Assembly: GCA_027604505.1 (NCBI GenBank)
Contig: JADIIX010000062.1
Span: 113,815 to 133,814, forward strand
DNA: 20,000 bases
Direction: 5' to 3'
Origin: Gonapodya sp. JEL0774
Taxonomy: Eukaryota
A program made the translations under genes and the position numbers. Shown piece after piece: positions 1 through 10,800 of the stretch (position 1 is its first letter; each line of letters begins with the position of its first letter). Below the pieces are notes generated by a model. That model made no database searches and was not told where the DNA came from. It saw nothing but the letters and a program-made list of their open reading frames with translations.

Positions 1-2077
1 TCCAACTTGTGGGTCCGCATCATCTCCAAGCTTCAATAGAGCTTGCTCTGCCAATTACTCAATAACCCAGGTTCTAATAAATGGGGGGAAGCAAAATATT
101 TTTGTGCTAATATTCTTTTTCTCTTGCTCTGTATGTACTACACCAGCGGCTCAGTGACTTCAGCAGCTGGAGGGCAACAGATACCTCAAACACTTCGTCA
201 CTGGCTGGCCTTTATCATCTCATGACTAACTGTCCGTGAGCAAACTTTTGTATGGGTCAAGCCCCATCTTCTCCATCATTGCATCACTCCCACCATTTCA
301 GCACAGGTTCTCAGGTTGGTGTTGCATGGCTGAACACACTTTGCCAAAAGGGATCCTTTTCACAGACTGATAGCACATATGGAAAACTGTATGTCAATGG
401 TTGTGGGGTCAGTGCAATTCCTCCAAACCAAGTGGCAGAGCACAAAGTTGTTGCACATGAGGTGTGTAGTCTGATTTTGGTGGGGTGGCTCTACTGTGAT
501 CTTGTTATTACTCTGACTTGCTCTTGTATAAGATTGGGCACAATTTTGGCAGGTACACTCCATGGTCAGCAATTCATCATTTTGCAGTTGACATGGATCT
601 CTCTTCTCAGTATTCATGATTGTGATGCTCAGACTTGTTCAAGCACAAATAATAACCCAAGCACTACCTCCTGCTGCCAATGTAATGGATGCTCTTGCAA
701 TTCTCAGTATTTGGTGTGTTTTACCTTTTCTTTCATTGCATTTTCATTTTGCAAATCCCCAGGCAATGTCTGAATTACTCCAGATGAATCCATATGACAA
801 TGCACAGACAGACTCATTTTCACCCTGCACTCAAGATCTAATCTGCTCCAAAATCAGAACTCTTGGAAGTTGCCTTGAAAGTGAGCGGAAATCATTACAT
901 ATTGATGAAATAAGGATAACAATAGAGGCTTCCCCAGTACCTGGAAAGTATACCACAGTCTCAAAGTTTGTTTGTGGCAATGGTATTCGTGAAGGAACTG
1001 AGCAATGTGACTGTGGTGGAGTAGCTGGTTGCCTGAATGATCCTTGTTGCACATCAAACTGCACCCTCAAGGCAGGAGCACTATGTTCACCAAAAACTGA
1101 TCAGTGCTGCTCACAAACTTGCCAGTTGAAAGGAAAAGGCACACTGTGCAGAAACATGACGTAGGTCATTCTTCCCTCTCTTTTGCTCAAGAATTTTGCC
1201 TTATGATCCCTCATGAACAGTGGAGCTTGTGATGTTTCAGAATATTGTGATGGTGAAAGTACAATATGTCCTAAGGATTTGTTTGTTGCTAATGGTTCTC
1301 CGTGCAATGGCACAGATGAGCTTGCAACCTACAAGTGTGCAAATGGTAAGCATATTGCAACTCTCATGAGATCCACTTGTTACTAGAAGTACTAGAACTT
1401 TTATTTCAGGTGTTTGTACAAATGCTGATAAGCAGTGCCGGGACCGAAATCCTTCCATAACTCTTGTTAACGCTACCAGTGCACAACAGTACATAACAGG
1501 GGTAGGTTTTCCTTGAATTCCTCTCTCACAGTAAAATGTGAGGTAACTTTTCACCTATGTTGAAGAGATGCACAAACTTTGGACGAACTTGTTCAATGTT
1601 TTGTAGTTCTCTGTTTGGAGAATGTTTATCGTTGGAGGGATCTTTGTGAGTAACAAAACTTACCCTCTTATAGATATAACCATTAAGTTACCATCACTTA
1701 GCTTATCTGGGACAGAATGTGGAGACTCTGGGTTTTGTCTGCCTGATGGAACCTGTTCAAACCCAGATTTAGCAACCATTATCACAGAATGGGTGCGTGG
1801 AAATAGTGCAGTGGCTATACCCATGGCAGTAAGTTGAGATTTCTGAGTGGTATCCCCGTTTCAAGAGCTTAGAATGAACACCCCATAATTTTTTGAGATT
1901 GGCATCTTTGTGCTTCTGATTGGAATCATGTCCTGGGCTCTGAAAAGGCCGAAGTTTTCCAGAAAACAGATAGAGAACCAAATTTTATCTTTAGAGTCCC
2001 CAGATCCAGCAACTAAAATCACTACAGCTGAACAGACTATCCAAAAAAGTAGAAGAGGTGTGACAATCCTTCTGTAG
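1..2077 (+). CDS. ADAM-family metalloprotease-disintegrin (reprolysin M12B + disintegrin + Cys-rich + TM), 5'-truncated by the window, multi-exon
   Basis: Manual splicing at GT-AG sites gives ...LMTNCPTGSQVGVAWLNTLC...VVAHE|IGHNFG|SIHDC (HExxHxxGxxHD zinc motif), Met-turn YL|MNP, disintegrin CGNGIREGTEQCDCG...CCTSNCTLKAGALCS...ACDVSEYCDG, a hydrophobic segment AVAIPMA|IGIFVLLIGIMSWAL, and a probable stop TAG at 2075-2077. Confidence 0.93.
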
Positions 2078-2859
2078 GGAAAAAAATATATCTACACTGA
2101 ACTGCTTATTTAAACTTCTGTTTACAACCACTTAGAGCCCAGGAATGGGCTTTTTCTTAGAAAAACTCTGTAACCCATAAATCTAGTGATAGAAGCCAAT
2201 ACTATCATGAAGAACATAGCCTATTAGTTGATCTATCAAGAAAAACTCTCTGTGTGGAGTGATGAGGATTGGTGATGACAGGAGAGTTATTGATGTCTGG
2301 GCATACAACAATCAATTCATTGAAAGATTCTGACACCCCCATGCATCATCACACCATGTGCTAAGCACTGCCAATAGATGTACAGTAAAAAGGCTTATGT
2401 ACTGAATTTGGAGCTTTCAAAGTGTTGATGATTATGTGTGTGACAATCCCCACCCACAAAAGTGCACTTTCTGAAATGGGGACTTGCAGGATCACTCAAA
2501 AAATTTGGTATATCGTTGTTCTCTATAATAGCTACTGTATTTTGTCACGTTTTTTACACCCCAACCCTGTAAATAACTCCAACAACCATAAAATCAACCC
2601 AAGCTGCACCTGTAAAAGGATGTAAGGTTACCATAATCTCTTGAGCAATTGGGATAAATGTGTATTCACAATGTTAGCAAATCTAGTCTAGGGTTTCCCC
2701 ATGAGTCACGTTCAACACATTGGGGATAGACAGTTCTAAGGAATACATACATATCCTCTTGCCAGTTTGTCCAAAAATTGAGGGAATACATAGGGAGAAG
2801 AATATGTACACCCTCGAAAATATGCTGGAAGAGTGATGGGTACCTCATAATGAACAGCA

Positions 2860-3300
2860 GTGTGACACACAAAAATCCACAGCTATGACCATCTCCCTGG
2901 TTCCAAAACAGAGTCCAAACACGATTTCTCGGTGATGGTGCTATTGCTAGCGTGAGAATTTGGTTCAAAGCACTGCAACATGCCTCCAAGTTGGCATCAT
3001 AATGGTGGGGATCACCACTCTTATCCATCACAATAATTTAGCAGTGGAAGTTGTCCTCGTTGACAATGAAAAAGTGATAGTCTCAGAGATCCATTTGTAG
3101 CTTCCTCACAAACTTGTTGCTCATCCGCAAAATGAATTCATCTCTCAAGTGGTTGGGGTTTTGAAATGGAAAGATAACTTGAGAGGAGAAATAGGAGATG
3201 GATGGTTGCTTTTGTTGCCTGTCCCACAGGTCATTAACTGGCAATAGAAACAGATCTAGGATGATGTCACTCCAGATCTGTGTTCCAGTGAGATAAAACA
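2860..3300 (-). pseudogene. Ulp1/SENP-like (peptidase C48, clan CE) catalytic domain remnant
   Basis: Motifs occur in the expected order: WSDIILDLFL (WLxDxxI-like), NxxNFH (catalytic His), YD (Asp), QGDGHSCG (oxyanion Gln + catalytic Cys). Two in-frame stops. Confidence 0.72.
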
Positions 3301-3669
3301 CCTCCTCAAGAGCAGTACCATCAGGAAACACAATTCTTAAGACAAAATAATGCATGAGTTCAATACTGGTCTTCAAACATATGCATTGGTGTACCTTCTG
3401 AATTCATCCTCAAAGGCTGCCCTGTCTTGAACCGAAACAGGGACAAGGGAAGTGGCCATGAGGGATTGGAAGTTGATCCAGAGGTGCTATGCCAGTGGCT
3501 GTGGCTGTCCAATGGGGACACATGAATGCAGCTTTGATCCTTTTGAGGGCTTGGTCAGTGCCTTGGGGTCCAGGACAGCAGAATTTGTTGCTTACAACAG
3601 TGTGGAGATTGCTGTGTCAGTATAGGAAGAGAGATCCAGTATGCACTCTTCAATGTCCTCTATGGGGAA

Positions 3670-3862
3670 CTTAAAATTTGTTCTATATAGCACACAGGGA
3701 TACTTAGAAGGGAATGATGAACTTCCAGAAGTAAGATTGTACATACCTTGGTTCCAAAGTTGATGCAGACAGTGACCATCCAGTCCACTTGACCAGTTAC
3801 ATCCTTAACTGGCCAGCATCTCCTCTGAATCCCAGAATTGCTCCAACTTCAAACTCCTCTAC
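3670..3862 (-). pseudogene. Chromodomain of the integrase ORF (in-frame stop, split by an intron)
   Basis: VEEFEVGAILGFRGDAGQLRM*LVKWTGWSLSASTLEPR|TNF matches the chromodomain pattern EYEVEKIL...YLVKWKGY...TWEPEENL. TAA at 3797-3799 sits where Tyr is expected. Intron 3683-3746 (GTATGT...TATAG). Confidence 0.82.
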
Positions 3863-4329
3863 TCCTCCAGGCACTGCAAGTGTTGTCAGAGCAATGTCAT
3901 CTGTGGACATAGTTGCTGCAATGTCCCTGAGGTTTTGCTGGTGGAACCTCCTTGCTGCTTGTGCGCCAGGTACATCATCCAAGTTCTGGCCCTGGTGAAT
4001 CTGTCGCAACTGGTACAGGTATTTCTCACAGTGGACTTTGATGATTGTTGCCACGTGAGCCTAGACTGGTCCTGGCTGTTTACAGAGACCCTGAACCACC
4101 TTGCAAACAAACACTCAGCCTCCCACCCTGAGGTGCTGAGGAAGTTGGGCCATTTGACTCAATGACCTACAACAAAGTCAGTATCACCCAGGTAGAAGGT
4201 TACAAACCAGGGACTCACCTTGCCACCACTTTTGCTCCTGCTGCGACCATGTTTTTGTGAGCATATACAATGAGTTGTTGGTGCTCCTCCTGTGATAATG
4301 AAGGCTATTTGGTGCATAGAAGCTGGCAG

Positions 4330-5009
4330 CGGTCCTGCCATAGAGTAGCTTGTCAGGTGTGCACTTGGTTGTTGAGTGGTGCTCATGGTTGTAAGTCAAT
4401 ATGACAGCCTGCAGAATGTCCTCTGCATCCTTGAGAGAGCAGTGGTTGGGGTCCAGACCTTTGGTGCGCATTCTGTGCCATACCCTTGCTTTACTGTTTG
4501 ATGAGCCCTATCAATGGATCCTTGATTCTGGGGACGGTAGGGCTGGCCATGGATATGTTCAACTCCAAACTCCTTGTGCATTTTCATGCCGTTTTTAGAT
4601 TGATTCCTTGCCATTGTCACTTAGAAATCTACACATAGTCTGTTGGAACAGCAGTGTACAAATTCCTAACAAACATTTTGACGTTCTCTGCAGTGTGTTG
4701 ACAATAAAGGCCGCCCCAAAACTTTTTGCTGAAGTGATCAACGGCAAGGAGCATGTTGTGGCTGTGGAGCTTGGTGAAGTCATAGACATAAATCTCTTTA
4801 GGATGCATAGTAATGATAAGGAGGACCGGCACCGGATTTGGTGCAGCGTGAGATGTGATGCACTGTGAGCATCGAGAGATGAGGGAATGGAAGATGGAAT
4901 ACAGTGTGCCAAGGCAGACGCTGGTGGAGCACTTCTCCCAAGTGCGATTGATGCCTGGGTGAGTGCCATGCTCAGAGGACAGGTGGTTGTGACTGTAGAG
5001 TTTGAGAAA
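4330..5009 (-). pseudogene. Integrase zinc-binding and catalytic (rve) core, frameshifted
   Basis: HHCC, D (YDF), D (SDNG) and the QGSIxRAHQT helix are visible in ORFs 4629-5042, 4595-4969, 4396-4620 and 4184-4471. The position of the catalytic Glu reads Asp, and there are at least two frameshifts. Confidence 0.9.
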
Positions 5010-5323
5010 CTGCAAATAACAGTTGGTTTGTTTGTTCATCATGTCATTGAAAAATGCAAAAGGAGAAGGTACACACTCACTTCATATACTGAGTGGTGCA
5101 CAAGTAAAACTTTGACCACTGGAGTCAAACTTCAAAGTTAGCAACACAAATGTCAAACCATTGAGTAACATGAATTACCTTGTGTTTGGATAACATGCCA
5201 ACTCTTGCAATAGAGGCTGGAAACTGCGTGTACTGAATGTATGTAGCAATCACAGAGTGTTTGATGAAGTATGCCTTCAGTCGGTAGTACTCATCAAAGT
5301 TGAGATCAACATTTGCGGCGGGA

Positions 5324-5449
5324 TGTCAGAATACAGGTGCCCTCTCATGTGTGCAACTTAGTATATTACACACCGGCACACTCATCTAGTATACACTTAT
5401 AGTAAAAACAACACCACGCAACACCACACAACCTCACACATATCCAATA
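5324..5449 (-). repeat. Copia-type 3' LTR, 126 bp
   Basis: Starts directly after the polypurine tract and ends in CA. Its last ~65 nt align with 17470-17533, which is followed by a Copia-type primer-binding site. Confidence 0.78.
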
Positions 5450-5667
5450 CTCCCCCTGATCATTTACTTCATGATCCACTTTGAATGTTGACCATCCCAA
5501 TTTCCGCCCTGCACTTCTTAAAGGTTTCCTTAAGTAAGAACTTAGGTAATAAATCAGCAGTGTTCTTCAACAGGTTTTGAATCCAAAGTCTGATTTCATT
5601 CTGTATGTTTGAGACAATTGTGAACGCTGCTCCATTCAAAAGTCTGTATCCAGTTTGCTTCTCTACA
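5324..5667 (-). mobile_element. Ty1/Copia retrotransposon 3' remnant: RNase H fragments + polypurine tract + short 3' LTR
   Basis: Minus-strand peptides CREANWIQTF, HNCLKHTE, IRLWIQNLL and NTADLLPKFLLKETFKKCRAEIGMV resemble Copia RNase H (KEAxW, HxRTKHI, ADxxTKxL...R..LG). They are followed by AGGGGGAG (5457-5450) and then TATTGGA...TCTGACA (5449-5324). Confidence 0.8.
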
Positions 5668-5932
5668 TGTGACCCCAAGGAGGTCACGTCCGGAAGTCAG
5701 AGGAATCTGGAACAGAATGTATAAATGTAGAAACAAACAATACACAGCGCTGACGTTCCTTCCTGGAATAGAAGCGCTACGAGTCAAACCTAAAGAACTA
5801 CTCCTGCTGGTCTACAACACCCCATGCAGCAGCTGCACCACAAACAAACCCCTAAGACAACAATGACCGTTCATCATCTAACTAACCCAACTCTGATCTA
5901 GCGGTAAGCCTAGCACGTCACCAAAGGTGACA
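5668..5932. repeat. Possible solo LTR or small insertion (TGTGAC...GTGACA) flanked by TCTACA direct repeats
   Basis: TCTACA occurs at 5662-5667 and 5933-5938, with TG..CA termini and short hairpins at both ends. The right boundary is uncertain because similar motifs continue to ~6018. Confidence 0.4.
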
Positions 5933-7809
5933 TCTACATATCTGAGAGGTGACAGTTCATCACAATTCCGCCATTTTCTCACCCTGTGATGTGACTTCTC
6001 TTGACAAGGCACATCACAATATTTGGTGGCACTTCAGATCTGCCCCTGATGATGAACACATCCTACTAAAAGTACTCTGCTTTGTGCTTTGACATCAGAT
6101 CCACTAGCTTGTGCACAGTTCATCTGTGAAGTAACAATTGTGCTGTCAAAGGGGTCCAACAAATGCCACATGGCAACTTCATAGTTGGAATAATTTGATG
6201 TTTCATCAAGAAAGCATTGCAAAGTCTCTGTATTCACACTCAAAACATGTGATAACAGCTCATTCTGGTTTGCTTTGTCTTTCTGCTGTATCATTATTGA
6301 ATGCACCTGCATGATAGTTTCAAAGCTCACACATTTGCTTTGGCTTGCAATTGCTCCTCCAATTCCCATTCTCATGTGCTTTTGTGGCTCTGGCGGTTCA
6401 ATCACTTGGGGCTTCAAATGCCAAAACATATTCTCCCCAGTGATGAGATAAAGTTCCAATCATCTCAAATTATCTCCAAAACTCTCTATTTTCTGGAGAT
6501 TTGACTCCATTCTGTGACACATCAATTCACTTTGAGAATTGCATGAGGAGTCAGAAATTAGCAATAATAGACTGTGCAGCACAATATTGAGACTTGAATC
6601 TGAAAAGTGGAGAATCCCAAACAACAACCACAAAAACATAGTAGAAAGTGAATATGAGCCAATTTACTGATCTGAGTTTAGCTCAATCAAGATTGTGCTT
6701 TTGATGTTTGAGTGAAACTTTGTGAACGTAATTGTTTCATAAATTTTAGCTGCTGCTTTAATGGGCATAACAGTTGCGGCGTTTTTTGTCTTCAAACACT
6801 CGCAAGACTGATCCTCAGAATGATTGATCAAATACTCATTCCTGCATGTCACATTGAATGTACAAAGCTGCTTGTTGGAGTAAAAGCTTCTCAAAGCAAT
6901 GTTTTGTGTCATTCCAATTCCCACTCTGGGGGGAAGGCCCTTGGGGCAGATTCTGCGGATTTTTAGAGTGTATTTTCTGATAATGCTCTCACCCCTTCAA
7001 TAACGCCCCAGCGTTGAACAGACTGCCTGTAGTTTTAGGGGTCAATCTTGGGAGGTGTGACCAGGCCCACTCCATTACAAAGGGGGCCCAATCACCACTT
7101 ACAAGATCGTATAAGATAAATACCCAAAACCCCATCGATTTCAACCATCGCTCCCATGGAAGGAAACATTCAGCAACTCATCAATTGTTACTGCCTCCCC
7201 AGCAATCGCCAAATTGCCCTGAAGGATATCTGCCCAGACCATGGGAAGTTTGAGCAAGATCAGGAATGCTATGAGACAGGCATCAAGGAGCTCATGCAAG
7301 CGTTTGATAAGCTGTTCATTTCGATTGTTCTCAGGATTAGCCTATTCCAGGACCACCAATGCCAAGCTGGGCTGGCTCCCAACAAGCGTTGTGATCCTCA
7401 TCAAGCTGGGAAACGGACTTTACAGCATTGTTGACAGAATTGTCGCCTTCTTGTGATCATCTGCCTCAAGGAGCTGGGCGAGGATATAGAATCTCTTCCA
7501 GGTCTTCTGGAGGGACAATGACTGTCACTGTGATTGTTCTAAGGGTAAGTCTTCGATAACTTTCCCAACTCAAGTCTTGACATTGTGGACAGTGAACAAG
7601 GAGTGATGGCCATTTCAATGATTTTCAGTCATGCTGTCTCAGTTTTGGGTGGGCCAGAAGCTACATAGCACAGCCACAGGCCCAACTTCTTGTGAGCAGA
7701 CTATACATGGGACGATCAATAATTTAGATTGATTACGCAACTGCATGCTGTCATTATTACACCAATTTATTCAAAAATCAAGGAAAGCATGCTCAACACA
7801 AATGCTTCC

Positions 7810-10800
7810 TCAGTTTGCTGTGTTAATAACTTTTCTAGAAGTACCCATGCGCTTTCTGGAAGCTTGGTTTCCCCTCAATGCTGGAAGAGAGCAATAATTG
7901 AGTGCTGCACTAAAAATTCACAATGTAATTAAACACACACCAAGATTGCGGGCTCTTTCATGATTTGATTGAACATTTCGAAAATGTTGGAGGAGATCCT
8001 GCCAGGATACAAAATTCTCTGAGATTGGACCTGAAGGCACACTAGAGGATCTATTTGATAGTGTTGTGGAGTTACTGTTCGCTCAAAAAAGAACGACTTA
8101 GCTCATTTGTGAATTCTCAAAGCAGGCATTTGTAGATTGCTTACATCATATCAGATCTGCTGCGCAAGAACTGAGAACCTGCTGAAGAGGGCCCAGTTTG
8201 GCCACTTCTTAGGGGTGGTGCCTGTGTCTGATGGTGAGTGGATAACATAACCATGCTACCAACACTGTTTAAGCGATTTCGGAGTGTTGCAAAAGCTGAT
8301 GATTGTGGTAGGAGCATCAAGATTCCATAAAGGCATTTGAACAGAAAAGGATACTGGTCAGGTTCCAGCAACTGCATTCTCAGGTCTATTGATTCAAAGC
8401 AATGTGTAGGAATGTTGATTTCAAACCAAATAAACACAAGGATTGGCACTTACAAGTGAACACAGGGGATTCTAGGAGCTGCACTAATTTATCTACTTGT
8501 ATTAACAAGTTGACTGTAATCTCTAAATCTGCACTGAAAACACACCATGGTAAGTTGGGAGACATCACATGCTAACATCACAATTGTGGTAGGCTCTCAC
8601 AAAGTTGCCAGCAAATTGGAGGCATGCTCATAAGCTTGTGCTAGAAGACACAGTGCAAATGTTGCAACAGGGTTGTGACACCAGCTTCTATACAGAGCGA
8701 CAAACAAGGCTGGACCACTATTTGGTGTTCGTTCTGTTTTCATTCCTTTTGAGGAAACCTCAAGGTTATGAAGTGGATCTAATGACTTCAGTCTTCTTCT
8801 GAGATCTGCAAGCTCAGGTGCAGTTATGAGTATAATATTCAAATTTTGGACCATAGTAGAAGCAAAATCTAAGTCCTTATTTCCAGCACTTGCATTAACA
8901 CAAATGAAGGTGCAAAATCAAAGCAACATACCTCATCTTGCTCAAGAATTTCAGCCATACAGCAATAGATTCGCTCTGGCTCTAGGCTTAAACACAACTG
9001 TCGAACAATCAAGCTCCCACGGGTTTCAAGAAGCCTTCTATCAGTCATAAACAAGTTCAAGAGATGCCTGATGAATCTGATGAAATATTCATCACTGGGA
9101 TCAGTAGAGGCATGCTCTGCAATCTGGGCTAAGAGCTGAAGATCCCTTTTGACTACTTCTTCCGATACGTCACTGAGCATGTTCAAAAGAGTAAGTGGAA
9201 TCTCTGGTGCTGAGGATATCACCTTGCAAAAGCAACAAAACGATAAGGAGACACATCAAAGGAATGACTGAACTCACTCACATTCCTGGGTGCTTTCTTA
9301 TGAAGCATTGTCATCCATTTAATAGCAGCTACTCGAGTCTCCTCATGACTGTTGACCAATTGAGCAGTCAGGGCATGCATAATAGATTGATAATCAATAG
9401 GATCTGCTTTCCCAAGGTCCTTAGCTGCGTCCTTCTTTGATTTGTGGCCTGATAGATCCAAACTCAAAACAAGATTGTACAGGTTTGAGTTGGTACTCTG
9501 GGCAACTACACTAATACTTGAGTTTGAGTGTGCAAGACATGGAAGAACTGAACCAACTAAGACAGGAATGTACGGTGTCAAGGATTTGCCAGATAAAGTA
9601 ATGAACTCATTGATCCAATGCATGGCAGTTTGTTGCATTTGGTCATCTGCAGAATTCAGTAAAAGCAAATTAGTAATCGTTATTCTTGAAAGGAAACAGC
9701 TGCTCCCTCATTACCTGAACTTGTAAGATGTGGACTTAAAATTTCCACCATGCGAGAATAGTGCAGAGTAACACCCTGTCCTGGCTCATACCCTTTTGAC
9801 CCAAAGGACCCATCACTCTCCTCTTGCTCATGATCTCCATCCTGCTCTCCTTCTCTTTCAATGTATGAATCACCTTCCAGCAGCTTCCTTTCCACAAATT
9901 CATCATCTGATTCCCTCCGATACCTCAAATCTGTAAGATAATCCACAAACCACAGTTTAAAAATCAAGAGTGGCAGATGGCGTTTTGTGTAGAGAAGAAA
10001 CCTCACCAGTATTTGCTTTTGAGAGGGACATTGCAGAATTTCTTAATTTACCAACGTCTTGGCTTGGTTGTGGTTTGACCATTGTGCCTGGTGATGTTAC
10101 TGACAATTTGTTTTGTTCCTGTCCCTTTTCCCTGTCTTGAATGCCCTTCAGTGTGGGAGCTTTGGATTTCCTTTTATGCAAATCCTCAACACGCTTTATC
10201 TCTTTCAGAAATTCACCCAGGATGTTCAAGGTCAATGTCCGCACATCAGGATTTGGGTCTGAGAGGTAACTGAAAAGTCCATCAAGAAACTCAGGAAGGA
10301 ATGCAATGAGCTCAAGTTCAGGAATTGAGTCAAGCAATTGAATCCACAGCACCAGGAATGTGCGGGTAAATGGGTTCAATGTTTGAATCCTCTCACGAAG
10401 GAGAGGAATGAATTGAGTAAGTGAAAAGGTAAATGTTCGTGGCATTACAGGTGGAACCGTGGTCATATCAAGTGGATTGTCAGAGTTGATAACTGTGAGA
10501 GCATCAGTGTTTGCCGCATCCACCGAGTCTTCTCCATTTAGCGCTCCTGAGGCATAGTTTGACTGTTCAGATACAATATCCTTCAGCAATCTATCAAGCA
10601 GCTCTGCACCAGTTTTCACAGAGGGCTCAGAGTCTGCAGCAAGCTTCCGACACCGAAAAGGTCTCAACGGAAACACGGCGCGAAGAGACACACACACCTG
10701 ACCGTACCTTACTTAAAATGTCAAAAAGCTCGTTGAAATAACGCAATATGTCTCCACGTGCAACTTTTGCAATGTTGTACATGCTTTCACAAGCATAGTA

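Larger units (their letters stand above)
2666..5323 (-). mobile_element. Decayed intron-containing Ginger-like DNA transposon ORF: retroviral-type integrase (HHCC + DDE + GPY/F-like module) + chromodomain + Ulp1/C48-like cysteine protease
   Basis: Minus-strand translation across frameshifts and stops gives HNH..HPGINRT..C..C; YVYDFT; AVDHFSK; FLSDNGKE; PYRPQNQGSIDRAHQT; YNHEHHSTTKCTPDKLLYGR; HLRVGG*VFV...IIKVH..KYLYQL...RFHQQNLR; EEFEVGAILGFR...*LVKWTGW...TLEPR|TNF; QIWSDIILDLFL; FIVNEDNFHC*IIVMD...HYDAN; QGDGHSCG. Candidate GT-AG introns lie at 5119-5178, 5010-5080, 4167-4218 and 3683-3746. No terminal inverted repeats (TIRs) were identified. Confidence 0.8.

Noticed and set aside
43..1554. 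Antisense and alternate-frame ORFs over the ADAM gene (likewise over VAC14 and CYFIP)
   Set aside because: They are explained as shadows or intron read-through of the real exons.
2136..2156. Hairpin AGCCCA-GGAA-TGGGCT followed by a T run, resembling an intrinsic terminator or Helitron 3' end
   Set aside because: The context is eukaryotic, the stem is only 6 bp, and there is no correctly spaced CTRR end.
2543..2562. 17/20 match to 17664-17683 (TGTCACGTTTTTTACACCCC vs TATCGCGTTTTTCACACCCC), both downstream of minus-strand TE-like genes
   Set aside because: The match is low-complexity and short enough to be expected by chance in 20 kb, and the flanks do not align.
3670..5009. Interpretation of the integrase + chromodomain as a chromovirus (Ty3/Gypsy) pol remnant belonging to the adjacent LTR
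   Set aside because: There is no RT or RNase H in register, introns are present, and a protease lies downstream. The adjacent LTR, PPT and RNase H are Copia-type and form a separate insertion.
6880..6960. Minus-strand peptide NLPQGLPPEWELE resembling the Gypsy pre-RT LPxGLPPxR motif
   Set aside because: No RT motifs (CVDYRxLN, YxDD) follow, so the match cannot be supported.
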